Below, one piece after another: positions 29,697-40,564 of a stretch of DNA of 64,000 nucleotides. How positions within the stretch are numbered: the first letter of the stretch is position 1; the number at the start of each line of letters is the position of its first letter. Below the pieces are notes generated by a model. The model was not told the DNA's origin. It was given only the letters and a program-made list of their open reading frames with translations, and made no database searches. This stretch comes from an uncultured Alphaproteobacteria bacterium (GTDB lineage Bacteria > Pseudomonadota > Alphaproteobacteria > Rhizobiales > Aestuariivirgaceae). The stretch covers positions 1,865-65,864 of the forward strand of contig CAWFCR010000007.1 in assembly GCA_963814455.1 (NCBI GenBank). Reading direction: 5' to 3'. The position numbers and the translations under genes are program-made.

Positions 29697-30128
29697 CTTG
29701 GTATCACTGCTTTCTGCCGCCCCTGATGCAGAACAAGTGAAGATAACCAAAGGCTATGACGAATTGAAAACGGAGAAAAACAAAATCAGCCTCTCTTGAT
29801 GAATGATTGTCTTGCTATGCGCATAAATTGCCCGCATCGCTCTTGATCTCTCAAAGCATCTGTGCCGAAACGCGACACATCTACAGCAAAGCGCAGCAAG
29901 TTGAATATTGCCCTGTGGTGCGGCACCGTTAACGCTCACAATGGTCGCACAACTAAGAGTCATACGAAGGAAGTTGCCGCCGTCCACAATCTGAAGAAGT
30001 GCCCCGCACTGCCTCACGGCTTTCATTGTCATCCAAATGTGGCGAAACTTTTTCCCGGAGCGTCTTTCGCCACAACTTCGCAGCATTTCTTTTGTGATGT
30101 AGGTGCGGGACGGCATCGGAGGCATACG

Positions 30129-30894
30129 ATGCGCATTGGGCTGTTAGGAATTCCTGTCGATATACTATCAATTGATGAAACTTTGAGCATGGTGGACCAT
30201 GCAATCATGTCGCGAACACGATTGCAGCACGTCGCGCTGAATGTTGCGAAGTTGGTCACGCTGCGGACAAACCGCGAATTGCGCGACGATGTTGTATCAA
30301 GCGATGTCGTGGGCATTGACGGTATGGGGATTGTGCTTGCCCTCAAAGTGCTTGGCTATTCTCAGGCAAGCCGTGTAGCTGGCATCGATCTTCTCGAACA
30401 AACACTGTCTCTCTGCGCGCGCAAGGGTTATCGCCCGTTCTTTCTGGGCGCCAAGCAGGATGTTGTCGAGCGCGCCATGGCCGTTGCACGGCAGCGCCAT
30501 CCGGGTCTTGAATTTGCAGGGTTCCGCGATGGCTATTTTACAAAGCACCAGCAGGATGAAGTTCTGCATCAAATCAAGGCGTCTGGCGCGGATTGCCTGT
30601 TCATCGGAATGCCGACGCCGCGAAAGGAAAGATTGCTCTCCTCATGGCGGAAGAGCCTCGATGTTCCTTTCATCATGGGCGTTGGAGGTTCATTCGATGT
30701 TCTCGCCGGAAAAGTTTCTCGTGCGCCGGCATGGATGCAGCAGCAACGGTTTGGAATGGGCTTACCGGATATATCAGGAGCCTTCGCGCATGTGGTGGAG
30801 ATACCTGACGACAAACACGGTGTTCTTCGGACTGCTGTTCCAACTTGCGATTGCGCGGATATTCGGCAGGCCAAGGAAACAGCCGCTTGCGTAA
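30129..30894 (+). CDS. WecB/TagA/CpsF family glycosyltransferase, frameshift near 30748
   Basis: LNVAK, IDGMGIV, RVAGIDL, GMPTPRKE, GVGGSFD, RAPAWMQ, then GLEWAYRIYQEPSR in the next frame. Confidence 0.88.
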
Positions 30895-31221
30895 GATCAA
30901 CAATGCATGGTGCATAACTGGAAGATTGACAACAAATTGCCTTATTCAGATGATGCAACGGCAGCGGACGGTGCAGACGACTGGCAACCCTGAAACAGTG
31001 TTGCGAGAAAGAGTTAGTGGATTCACAGGAGTGAGTATGCACGCGTCTACAATACTTGTGATGGCGCAGAGGGAAAAATCCCGTCACCATCTTGGGAAAT
31101 CTCATCAAATTGTAAATATGAAGCAGCATTGACCATGCAGGCCTGATCGGTCTGCATGGGCTCAGTTGCGGCGTATGCTTGGTCTTGGGGCTCGGTTGAA
31201 TAGCTGAGAGGGGTAGTTTTT

Positions 31222-32370
31222 ATGCGTTTGCTTGTTGTTTGTTCTTTGGTCCTTATGTTGCCGGGGTGCGCCGGCCTGCCGTCCAGCGGGCCAACAGCCT
31301 CGCAGATCACCGCAGCGTCAGTGTCGCGGTCGGCAACTGCCAGCTATGAAGTTGTCGACATAACACCGGAAATTGCTGAAGTTGTAGGTAGGTCGGTCAA
31401 AAGAGTTGCAACGGGAGACTTCTCCAAGCTCGCGGTAACGCCTGCGCACGGCATTGGCGTCGGTGATACTCTTGCGGTCACTCTTTATGAGTCCTCGCCT
31501 GGCGGACTGATAGCGGCGCAAGCCAATGATGCAGCAACTGGGATACCGCATATCACCCTGCCGCCGCAGATAGTTGATCGAGCTGGCATGATTTCAGTTC
31601 CGTATGCGGGATCGATCAAGGTTGCCGGCCTCACGCCGAGGCAGGTTCAAGCCAGGATCGTAAGCAGGCTTTCGGCAAGGGCTATCGAACCTCAGGCCAT
31701 CGTCTCTGTGACCGCCAACGAAAGCCGGCTTGTGACCGTCACCGGCGATGTTGAGAAAGCAGCACGCGTTCCGCTCAATACCGGATCAGAAAGGCTTATG
31801 GATGCGATAGCCCTCGCAGGGGGCGCCCGCGGCAGGCCTGACGACAGTTTTGTCAGGCTGACGCGTGGAGCGCGCTCGCAGGAAATGCTGTTGAGCAAGC
31901 TGGCGAATTCTCCACGAAACAACGTCCCCCTCCAGCCTGGCGACCAGATATTCATGTATCAGAATCCCCAGAAGTATGTGGCGCTTGGGGCCAGCATGAC
32001 GAATTCCGAGGTCAACTTCGCTTCGGACAACCTGACTTTGTCAGAAGCCATGGGGCGCGCTGGCGGGCTTGACGACAAGCGCTCCGATCCTGCTGGCGTC
32101 TTCGTGTTCCGTTACGAGAGCGCAGACGTTTATCGGCGCATCGGCGGCAATATTCCGGCAGGAGATGGCGAAGTGCCGCTGGTTTACAGGCTGGATCTGA
32201 AGAAGCCGGACAGCTTCCTTGCGGCGCAGCGCTTTCCGATCAAGAACAAGGATGTGGTCTATTTCGCAAACTCGCCATCAACGGAGCTTTCCAAATTCCT
32301 CGGCCTGCTTGGCTCCGGAGTCGGAACGGCGGCAACCGGCACTATAACTGTCGTCAGGGTTGCGCAGTAG
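31222..32370 (+). CDS. Polysaccharide export outer-membrane lipoprotein (Wza/OPX)
   Basis: Lipobox LPGC, GVGDTL, ISVPYAG, SLBB repeats, KDVVYFAN. Confidence 0.9.
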   Translation: MRLLVVCSLVLMLPGCAGLPSSGPTASQITAASVSRSATASYEVVDITPEIAEVVGRSVKRVATGDFSKLAVTPAHGIGVGDTLAVTLYESSPGGLIAAQANDAATGIPHITLPPQIVDRAGMISVPYAGSIKVAGLTPRQVQARIVSRLSARAIEPQAIVSVTANESRLVTVTGDVEKAARVPLNTGSERLMDAIALAGGARGRPDDSFVRLTRGARSQEMLLSKLANSPRNNVPLQPGDQIFMYQNPQKYVALGASMTNSEVNFASDNLTLSEAMGRAGGLDDKRSDPAGVFVFRYESADVYRRIGGNIPAGDGEVPLVYRLDLKKPDSFLAAQRFPIKNKDVVYFANSPSTELSKFLGLLGSGVGTAATGTITVVRVAQ

Positions 32371-32443
32371 GCCATGGGCGGGGTCAGGCAGAACACGCGA
32401 GCAGGCCCGCCATCATGCAACCAGCTTCACGGCGCGGATTGAA

Positions 32444-33670
32444 TTGCTGAGGCATATCAAATCACCGCGCAGCTTTGCATTGCTTGAAGCGCTTTCAGCG
32501 GCAGTTGCGAACTTCGCAATCTCGATTGTTGTCGCCCGCACCTATGATGCGGCGATATTCTCCGGCTATCTCACCGCGCTGTCGGCGGCGTTCATCGCCA
32601 TAGCCTTTCTGCGCGTGAGCTTTACAATGCCGTGCGCGGTGAAGCCGGACAGCTGGTATGTCGAGGAAGTTGCCCGCACTTGTGGCCGTGCATGTCATGG
32701 CCATTGCGATGGCGACGGCGCTTGCAACACTTGTGCTGCTTGTCCTTTCCAAAATGCTGGACAGCCAGTTGTGGGTTGCTGCAGCAACTTTTGCGCCGGG
32801 AGCGTGCCTTTGGTTTCTGGGCTACGAATTCGAACGCAGCCTGCTGGTCAAACGCGGCAAGCACGCGCGCCTTGTTGTGATCGGAATATGCCAGACGTTG
32901 CTGGCGCTTCTCGTTCTGCTTGTGCTGCATGAACTGCATCTGCCTTATACGGTGCTGGTGGCGCCATGGCCTTGCTTGGCATCGGCAGAACGCTCGCAGT
33001 CATCTTGGTTGCCGAAAGGCCAGACTGGAAAGCGGGCCTCAGGCAAATCACAAAAGGCCTGCGCCGCCTCGGGCCGGGCGCCTCCGCCATCCTGCTCGGC
33101 AGCGTCGCCTGCAGCCATGCGCCGGTCTTCGCCCTTTCCATTTATGGCACGGCGGAGCAGGCAGCAGCTTTCGGCGCCATGAGAACGCTGTTCCAGCCAG
33201 TGCAGATATTCTTCCGCAGCCGCGATGTGATCGTGCAGGCGCGCTTCCACTCCGACAGAAGTTCTGACGGAAGGTCTCTTGCGAAGCAATACAGGGCGAG
33301 CCTGATCAGAACCGCTTCGCTTTCTGTCCTCTTGAGCCTGTTCCTGCTCATTGCCGGATCATGGCTTGTTCACAATGTCTATGCAGGGCGCTTCGACAAC
33401 CACATGACCACCTTCTGGCTGTGGGCCATCATCATGCTATTGATCAACCTCGCTTCAATCACGGATGCCTTTGTCAGTTATGCCATGCAGCAGAACCGCT
33501 ACTCCGTGGCGCAGATTTGCGCGGGCGTCAGCGTCATTATCATCAGCCCGTTGCTCGTCATCCGGATGGGCGACACAGGAGCGGCGATTTCAGCCATTGT
33601 CGGGTGGCTCATCATAGTGGCAGGCGGAGCATTGCTCATCAGCTTGCGCAAGAGCAGGGAAGGCAAGTAG
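32444..33670 (+). CDS. Divergent flippase-like polytopic membrane protein, frameshifts near 32665 and 32965
   Basis: Three consecutive hydrophobic frames join to about 400 aa with about 12 TMs; C-terminal MGDTGAAISAIVGW is typical of MOP/Wzx exporters; start uncertain. Confidence 0.6.
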
Positions 33671-33675
33671 CAGCA

Positions 33676-34128
33676 ATGCAGTTGATCATGCGGTTGCACC
33701 TTCTTTCACGCAAACTTCAGAGTTGGGGGTTGCGCCCTCTCGCCAAGCTGCTTGAAGGGTTGACCCGCGTGCTATGCGCAGCTCGTCTGCCAGTCGAGGC
33801 AGCAATCGATCCGACCGTCACGTTCAGCCACAACGGCCTTGCAGTGCTGATCACCAAGGAAGCCAAGATAGGAGCAGGCTGCCAGATCGGCACCCACGTC
33901 GTTTTCGGAAGCAATTGGCCCAAGATCGGCGCACCGACACTGGAGCCAGATGTCATCGTCGGCCCCGGCGCCATCATCCTCGGGCCTATCACGCTCGGTC
34001 GTGGTTGTGTCATCGCTGCCAGTTCGGTTGTGCTGGATGATGTTCCGCCAAGAACCCTTGTTGCGGGCAACCCGGCAGAGATCAAAAAGAGGGATATCGA
34101 TAGTGCATACTATCGCTACCCTGGGTGA
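33676..34128 (+). CDS. Serine-acetyltransferase-like hexapeptide acyltransferase
   Basis: HNGLAVLI, IGAGCQI, APTLEPDVIVGPGA, VAGNPA. Confidence 0.82.
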   Translation: MQLIMRLHLLSRKLQSWGLRPLAKLLEGLTRVLCAARLPVEAAIDPTVTFSHNGLAVLITKEAKIGAGCQIGTHVVFGSNWPKIGAPTLEPDVIVGPGAIILGPITLGRGCVIAASSVVLDDVPPRTLVAGNPAEIKKRDIDSAYYRYPG

Positions 34129-34134
34129 CTATGC

Positions 34135-34593
34135 TTACCATGGCGTGCCTTCGCCATACTCCTTCAGCCTTCCCCAATAAACGGTCTCTATTCCCTCTCT
34201 CAAAATCTTGGCGGGATTTCCGCCAACAATCGTGTTTGAGGGCACGTCCTTGACTACGACGGAGCCGGCAGCCACGACACAATGGTCGCCAACGCGAACT
34301 CCCGGCATGATGATGCTGCGCGCGCCGATTTGGGTGAATTTTCCGATGTAGGTATCGGCGTGAATGCCGCGGATATAATCATGAGAAAGTACAGTTGCGC
34401 CGAAAGAGATGGCAGTGCCTTGCCCGACATGAATGCCCTTGGGGTTGCTCTTGTCCAAATGCACCTGCAGGGAAATGAGCGTTTCAGGATGAATGTCCAT
34501 TCCCCAAAACTTCACGAGATACAACCTCCGCATCCGGACGAAGAGTTGTCTCATCCGGTTTCGCACGTTGACCAAGCTTAGCGCTGTTGCCAT
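34135..34593 (-). CDS. Hexapeptide (LbH) acyltransferase
   Basis: WGMDIHP..IS...[32 protein letters not shown]; GGAGG ribosome-binding site. Confidence 0.85.
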   Translation of the reverse strand: MATALSLVNVRNRMRQLFVRMRRLYLVKFWGMDIHPETLISLQVHLDKSNPKGIHVGQGTAISFGATVLSHDYIRGIHADTYIGKFTQIGARSIIMPGVRVGDHCVVAAGSVVVKDVPSNTIVGGNPAKILREGIETVYWGRLKEYGEGTPW

Positions 34594-34628
34594 TTCACTT
34601 CCTCCCGACACTTCCTGGCGGCTGTTGT

Positions 34629-35885
34629 TCAATTTGTTTTCTGCAGGCATTTTCCGCCTTTGGCGAACCCTAGCGAAGTTAGCAATGCCGGGTTTGGTTT
34701 GTTGCTTTCAGGTTCCAAGAGTCCAAATGGCCCGTCGAGGTGAAAGAACGACCAGGAAAAGCCGTTCTCCTCAGCGGCCCTTCTTACATCGTTCACCCAT
34801 GCAGCCTTATCTTCACAGGTTGCGCCATTGCCTTTTGCATCAACTCCATAGACGCCGAACTCACCGAGATAGATCGCCTTGCGCGGCACTTCATGCAAGT
34901 CGGCCCAGTCTGCCACTTGCTTCAAGCGTGTCGCAATGCTCCCGGCTCCGGCACCGCTCGCAAGATACTTGTACAGCACAGTTGTGGCGCCTGCTTGAGC
35001 CTTGATGCGTTCCTGCACAGGCAAGAGTTTGAGGCGTGCTTCGGTTGCAGCCAGGATTGCTGCTAAATCGGCTCCCTTCTCTGGTGGCCATGGAAGCGCA
35101 GAAAGATGCTTCTCGGCCCAAGGCGTAAAAGGCGCGCTTTGGTGCGTGAAGGGAAACGGTTCATAGAAGTGAAAGGTGAACAGCAAGTTATCGCGCTTCC
35201 AGCGCGAAGGATCAATCGCCAAGAGTCCTTCAATGCTTGATACGCAAGCTCCACTCACGACAAGTGGAAGTTGGGGCGCAGCCTCGGTGGCCCTGGATAT
35301 CAACTCGTCTAGCATCTGCAGCCAGCGCTGCTGATCTTCGCCCGTGCATTTCAATCTTGGCTCGTTCATGATCTCAAGCGCCACGCCTCCCGTAGAGAAC
35401 TGCGACAAGTCCGCGGCAAGTTCGGTCACCATCGCGGAGTAATTCGCAAGTCCCGCGCCAGCGGTCGAGGAGAGAACCACGGCTTGACCGTAAATCTTGT
35501 GTCGACTGTTGGGATGCAGATCAAATACAACTCTAAGTCCAGAATCCAATGCAGCGCGAACACTTCCCATGAGTTGTTTCTTGATTGCGATCTTCTTTTC
35601 ACCCTGCAAACCCTGATAGAGGGCGGGGTCAACACCCAGTCTGATCGAAGTGAAACCCATGGAGCTGATCTGTGCAAAGTCTGCGGCCTGCGGCATGTGG
35701 CGCGTGTGCGGGAAAGGCGGCCACACCACCCCGGGACGATCAAATCCTTTGAATCTCGGCCATGTGTACCATGTTGTGGCATTGATGCCGTGGCCCGCCT
35801 CGAAAGGCTGGGCGCGTGCAGGTGCGTTTGGGAGGAGCAGCAAGACAAAGACGGACACGAACATTTTGACCGCGAGCGAGAACAC
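34629..35885 (-). CDS. Exported glycoside hydrolase family 5
   Basis: Signal peptide (..APARA|QP), IRLGVDP, DLHP, EIMNEP acid/base, FHFYEP..FTHQ, YLGEFG nucleophile; GGAGG before GTG 35885. Confidence 0.87.
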   Translation of the reverse strand: MFSLAVKMFVSVFVLLLLPNAPARAQPFEAGHGINATTWYTWPRFKGFDRPGVVWPPFPHTRHMPQAADFAQISSMGFTSIRLGVDPALYQGLQGEKKIAIKKQLMGSVRAALDSGLRVVFDLHPNSRHKIYGQAVVLSSTAGAGLANYSAMVTELAADLSQFSTGGVALEIMNEPRLKCTGEDQQRWLQMLDELISRATEAAPQLPLVVSGACVSSIEGLLAIDPSRWKRDNLLFTFHFYEPFPFTHQSAPFTPWAEKHLSALPWPPEKGADLAAILAATEARLKLLPVQERIKAQAGATTVLYKYLASGAGAGSIATRLKQVADWADLHEVPRKAIYLGEFGVYGVDAKGNGATCEDKAAWVNDVRRAAEENGFSWSFFHLDGPFGLLEPESNKPNPALLTSLGFAKGGKCLQKTN

Positions 35886-36112
35886 GATTCCTCCCGTTTG
35901 TACGTGGCCGCCCACTGCCGCGCCCTGAGTATGCCTGGCGATCCGGATTGCTTGCCAAGACAATGCGCCAAAATTGCGAATTCCCGGCAATGGCCGGTCG
36001 ACATTCATTCATTCGCGCTGTAACGTAAGCATGTGTTGGGACGGCATTCCCTGCAGGGCTGACTGTTGACAGTAGCTGGATTGATTGACCTTTTGCTTTG
36101 GCCGTCACGCCG

Positions 36113-37525
36113 ATGAACAACATTGGCTCCTCAATCGGCAGGCCGGACTCGCTTGGAGTGCCGCTATTCGCAGCCATTGTAATTTTACTGGCTGTGATTG
36201 TCATTCTGGCTGCAGCCAATTTGGCAACCATCGCCTTGGTGTTAGGCCCGGCACTGCTGGTCGTTCCTCTTCTTGTCCTGCGCAGCGTCAGCATATCAAG
36301 CCGGATTCTGATTTTGGTTGTTCTGGCTGGCGCGGTTTTTCTCCTTGAGGCGGTGTTTCGCGTTCGCGCCTATGATGCAAAGGACATTGATTTTCAGATC
36401 CTGATCAAGGTTGCGTCATGGCTTGCCCTGATTGCAATTGCCTTCACCAATCTCGGGCAGACCATCAGGGTCATCACTTCAACCGCATGCCTTCCCTGGT
36501 CCTTGCTCTTTCTCTACCTGCTGTTGACAAGTGTATGGGCGCCGAACCCGCTTCACAGCGCAGTTGCCGCGGTCAGTGTCATCAGCTTCTTTGTGTTCTT
36601 CGCCAGCCTCACCGGACGAATCGAGACGGAGGACATCCTGCTTGCGATATTGGCAGGCATCGCACTGCTGTCGTTGGCCTCGCTTGCCATCTACTTCATC
36701 AATCCGTCTTTTGGGCGGATGCACGGCTGGTCTGGAGCGCAACAGACACTTACCAGCCGCCTTTCAGGGCTAGCTGGCCATCCCAATACAATTGGACGGC
36801 TATGCTGCTTCGGCATTCTGGTTGCCGTCAACCAGTGGCGTAATTTGCGGCAACTCTGGCGGCCCGCGCCTTATCTTGTCCTGGGCTTGCTGGGCGTAAC
36901 CCTGCTTCTCTCGAACAGCCGAACGTCGATTGGCATCGTCGCGGTTCTGCTGCTGGCTTACGCCTTCGTCCGTGCAAGATATTTGCCCTATCTCCTGCTG
37001 CTTGTTGCAACCGGCATGCTGGCGTTTCTGGTTCTGGGGCCATATGCCGAGCAAGTCATGCAAATGTTGTCACGCTCTGGCAACGCTGACGAAATAGCGA
37101 CCGGCACTAACCGCACGCATATCTGGGCTGTCGTCAAAATGCTTATCTGGCAGAAACCACTTCTCGGTTGGGGCTATGGCAGCAGCGTGTTCATCATGCC
37201 GCAATATGAAAGGCTCATGGGGCATGCAGCGCCTCACGCCCACAATATTTTCCTACAACTTTGGCTCACCACCGGAATGACCGGACTTGTCCTGTTTCTG
37301 CTGTCGTTGTGCAGCCGTTTGGCCGTCGCCATCAGGCAACAGGAAGGCTTCCAGATTATCCTGTTGCTGTTTGTTGTGTTGAACGGCCTGTCGGAGTCCA
37401 GTGCCTTTGGCGGCGTGGCCAATATCACAACCGTTGCGCTTTGCCTTGCAGCGACTTCCTTCCGGCGGGTGGACGCGGTTCATTCCCGGCAAGCCATGCC
37501 GCAGCATGGCGCTGCAGCAGCTTGA
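36113..37525 (+). CDS. O-antigen ligase/Wzy polymerase family protein
   Basis: Multi-TM; RLSGLAGHPN, SNSRTS, TNRTHIW, PLLGWGYG, HAHNIFLQ. Confidence 0.87.
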   Translation: MNNIGSSIGRPDSLGVPLFAAIVILLAVIVILAAANLATIALVLGPALLVVPLLVLRSVSISSRILILVVLAGAVFLLEAVFRVRAYDAKDIDFQILIKVASWLALIAIAFTNLGQTIRVITSTACLPWSLLFLYLLLTSVWAPNPLHSAVAAVSVISFFVFFASLTGRIETEDILLAILAGIALLSLASLAIYFINPSFGRMHGWSGAQQTLTSRLSGLAGHPNTIGRLCCFGILVAVNQWRNLRQLWRPAPYLVLGLLGVTLLLSNSRTSIGIVAVLLLAYAFVRARYLPYLLLLVATGMLAFLVLGPYAEQVMQMLSRSGNADEIATGTNRTHIWAVVKMLIWQKPLLGWGYGSSVFIMPQYERLMGHAAPHAHNIFLQLWLTTGMTGLVLFLLSLCSRLAVAIRQQEGFQIILLLFVVLNGLSESSAFGGVANITTVALCLAATSFRRVDAVHSRQAMPQHGAAAA

Positions 37526-37528
37526 CGT

Positions 37529-38248
37529 TCACGCGGTGCTGCCACCATCCACGGTCATGACGGTGCCTGTGATCAATGAAGCAGCAGGCGACATCAGGAA
37601 CGACACGGCGCCGGCCACATCTTTCGCTGTTGGAATTCCGAGAGGTGATCTGCGGCGCACCAATTCCAGCTTCGTTCCCTGCAGGCCGGCTGACATGTCG
37701 GTCGGCACGTAGCCCGGCGCAACGCAATTCACGGTGATATTGTATTTGCCAGCTTCCCTCGAGAGCGATCCTGAGAACCCTTGCAGTCCGGACTTGCTGG
37801 CGGAATAGACCGACATTGCGTGATAGCCGGTCGAAGCTGCAGTCGAGGTGATGTTCACGATCCTGCCCTGGCGCTTCACCAGCATGGCTCGCATGATGTA
37901 TTTCGTGAAAATGATTGGTCCCAGAAGATTTGTGCGCAACAGTCCCTCAATGCTTGTGTTGTGCATGGTGGCGAGCACTCCGTCTTCCCCACTCGCGGCG
38001 TTGTTGACCAGACCGTAGATTGAAGCGTGTTTTTTGACGAGACTTCGAGCTGTCGCCGCCACGCCATCGATATCGGAAAGGTCAATCGGGACAAATTCTG
38101 CAAAATGCCCGGCATTATCGGTCAGCGCATTGAACTCTGCGGAAGGATTGCGGCTCAACCCGACGACGCCATAACCTTCGTCGAGCAGTTCCCGGGCTAT
38201 GGCGAGACCAAATCCCTTTGTTGCACCGGTGACAAGCACCAGTTTCAT
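37529..38248 (-). CDS. SDR, FabG-like 3-oxoacyl-ACP reductase
   Basis: TGATKGFG, LVNNA, YSASK, VAPGYV, VDGG. Confidence 0.87.
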   Translation of the reverse strand: MKLVLVTGATKGFGLAIARELLDEGYGVVGLSRNPSAEFNALTDNAGHFAEFVPIDLSDIDGVAATARSLVKKHASIYGLVNNAASGEDGVLATMHNTSIEGLLRTNLLGPIIFTKYIMRAMLVKRQGRIVNITSTAASTGYHAMSVYSASKSGLQGFSGSLSREAGKYNITVNCVAPGYVPTDMSAGLQGTKLELVRRRSPLGIPTAKDVAGAVSFLMSPAASLITGTVMTVDGGSTA

Positions 38249-39597
38249 AACAGCCGCGCGATTTTCCCCGCAGAGTTCCTCTGCAGGTCAGCGACGACTG
38301 AAACGAGAGCAGGGCGCGCCTCGCGCGGCAAGCTTGCCTTGCACCAGTTGCGAATGTCGTTTCGAAAACCTTCCTCATCCCTGCTTGGATCGCGCGCCAC
38401 AACCTTCAAGGCGAGCACTGCACCGAGAATTGGATTTGGTTTGACGGATATCTGGCAGTCGAGCACATTTGCGTGCTGCCGTACAATATCCTCCACCGTC
38501 TCTATCGCCACCTTTACGCCTCCGATATTTGCGACAGTATCGTTTCGGCCACGGAAGAAGGCGCGCTGGTCAACAATTTCCACGAGATCGCCGGTGCGAA
38601 TGTAGCCTTGCTCATCGCTGGGCAGGGCGTCCGGTCGTTGGCTTTCCACCACGCTGGCTGCGGGTCTAGCCCAAAGCATTCCATCTCTTATTTTGAATTG
38701 GGTCAGATCAACTCCCGGCTCAAGGTACGACAGGGGAAAGCCCGGCAAGCCATCATGCACAGAGAAGCAGACGCCAATCTCGGTGGAGGCATAGATATGT
38801 GTAATTCTCGCAGCAGGATAGGCCAATGCAAGCGCCTTCAATGTGCGCTCATCGGCAATGTCTCCCCCCATGGTGACTTGCTTGAGTGGAAGGTTGCTGG
38901 CCAACGGCAACATGAGAATCTTGCGCCACATTGCTGTTGTTGCCGAAAGATGCGTACAGCCGCTCGCAATCAGCTGCTCGATCTGGTTGCCGAAGGAAGC
39001 CTGCCGGTCGACAGCGATCAGCGTGCCTGCTCCCAGCAACGCATGAAGGATGACCTGCACCCCTGCGAACCGGCTGGGATCATACAGAAGGCCCCAAGTT
39101 GGCCCCACCGCTGGTCGAGAAGGTCGCTGACTGGCAGTTAGGCTTGACAGCGTATGTGCGACAATTTTCGGCAGGCCCATTGTGCCTGATGTTGTCATCA
39201 ACCATGTCGTTTGCAGGTTGCCCCTTACGGCTGGCGACTGACTCACAAAGTTCCAACCACTGGACAAACCCGCCAGATCGTCCCGGTCAGTAATAAGAGT
39301 GCCTGTTTCCGATGAGGCAAGGAGGGAACAAATCTGCTGACAATCCAGGTCCGGCGACAACAGCAACAGCCTGGATGCTCTTCCATCAAGGGCGACAACG
39401 GCTTTCACAAAACCCAGTGCGGACCGAAAACAGATGGCCACGGTGCCTTGTTCCGATGCACCGGCATCGAAATTGATCTCTGTTTCCAGCAGCTGTTGCG
39501 TCGTCAGTGAGCTTGTCGCGTCCGAGACGGTGGCGAGACCACCATCAAGGTCAAGTCGCGCCAATCTCGCCTTCAGGCAGCGCACGCTTTGGGACAC
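38245..39597 (-). CDS. AMP-dependent acyl ligase (ANL family)
   Basis: TSGTMGLPK, MGGD, YASTE, RTGD, GRND..NIGGVKV, SAGK. Confidence 0.85.
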   Translation of the reverse strand: MSQSVRCLKARLARLDLDGGLATVSDATSSLTTQQLLETEINFDAGASEQGTVAICFRSALGFVKAVVALDGRASRLLLLSPDLDCQQICSLLASSETGTLITDRDDLAGLSSGWNFVSQSPAVRGNLQTTWLMTTSGTMGLPKIVAHTLSSLTASQRPSRPAVGPTWGLLYDPSRFAGVQVILHALLGAGTLIAVDRQASFGNQIEQLIASGCTHLSATTAMWRKILMLPLASNLPLKQVTMGGDIADERTLKALALAYPAARITHIYASTEIGVCFSVHDGLPGFPLSYLEPGVDLTQFKIRDGMLWARPAASVVESQRPDALPSDEQGYIRTGDLVEIVDQRAFFRGRNDTVANIGGVKVAIETVEDIVRQHANVLDCQISVKPNPILGAVLALKVVARDPSRDEEGFRNDIRNWCKASLPREARPALVSVVADLQRNSAGKIARLL

Positions 39598-39827
39598 TTC
39601 TCGTAAAATGCAACAAACTCGCCGAACGTGCGTGGGTAGGCAACGTCTGTCGCAACGGAAAATGGATCAACGCCAAGCTCATCGTCGAGGCGGGCAACCA
39701 TCACGGCATAGGCCATGCTGTCAAAACCTGTTTCCAGCAAAATAGTATTGTCGCGCAAAACCGGAGGATCTCCCGCCTTGTCCTCTCGCCACATCTCATT
39801 GAAGACCGCTTCTATGTGAGCCCGCAT
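39573..39827 (-). CDS. Acyl carrier protein
   Basis: 84 aa, acidic; GFDSM phosphopantetheine Ser; DPF and PRTFGEFV. Confidence 0.85.
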   Translation of the reverse strand: MRAHIEAVFNEMWREDKAGDPPVLRDNTILLETGFDSMAYAVMVARLDDELGVDPFSVATDVAYPRTFGEFVAFYEKCPKACAA

Positions 39828-39857
39828 GTCAGCCCCTGTTTTGTTGGTTGAATTTGC

Positions 39858-40349
39858 CTAGCCGGAAGTTGCCGCTTGGGCTTCCGGTTCCGGCTCCACT
39901 ACTGCCAGCTCGACTTTTTTTCTGCGTCGGCCCCAAGGGCCAGTGTCAATTCCACTCTCCATGACGCGGGCCGGATTTCCCATAACCACCGAGCGAGCTG
40001 GCACATTTCGCATGACAACCGACGCGGTGCCGATAACGCAATTGTCGCCGATGGTCACCCCCGGCATGATCACCGATCTCGCGCCAATCAGACAGTTTGA
40101 ACCAATATGGACGGGCACATGCACATCATTGACGAAGTCGTGCGTCAGGATCACAGCATCAAATGCGATGCAGGTGAACTCGCCGATATGAACGCCTTTT
40201 GGATTTGACAGGTCAAGCTTTGCGCTGCGTGATATATGCGCGCCATGGCCAATGTCCATGCCCCAGACGTGCACATAATACAGGCGCGTCAGATGCACTA
40301 CAACTTTACTAAAAAGGAAATTGCGAACAGCAGCGATACTAGATGGCAC
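39858..40349 (-). CDS. Hexapeptide (LbH) acyltransferase
   Basis: WGMDIG..IS..AKLDLSNPKGVHIG, LTHD, IGARSVIMPGV, MGNPA. Confidence 0.85.
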   Translation of the reverse strand: MPSSIAAVRNFLFSKVVVHLTRLYYVHVWGMDIGHGAHISRSAKLDLSNPKGVHIGEFTCIAFDAVILTHDFVNDVHVPVHIGSNCLIGARSVIMPGVTIGDNCVIGTASVVMRNVPARSVVMGNPARVMESGIDTGPWGRRRKKVELAVVEPEPEAQAATSG

Positions 40350-40564
40350 TTCTGCCCTCCAATCCTAAGCCGCTGAAAAGATATTGCATAGTCTGCACCC
40401 CTCGACAATAGCCAGTTATGCGATCCGCACAGGCGCTAAAATCCAAATGCCATCTAATTGCCGTGATTGTGCTGTCTCTTCGTCTTAGGACGCGAAAAAC
40501 AATGACCGGGACGATGTGACCGGTTCTCAGGGGTGGCTTCAATGTGCGGTGACGCGTCCGTGTA

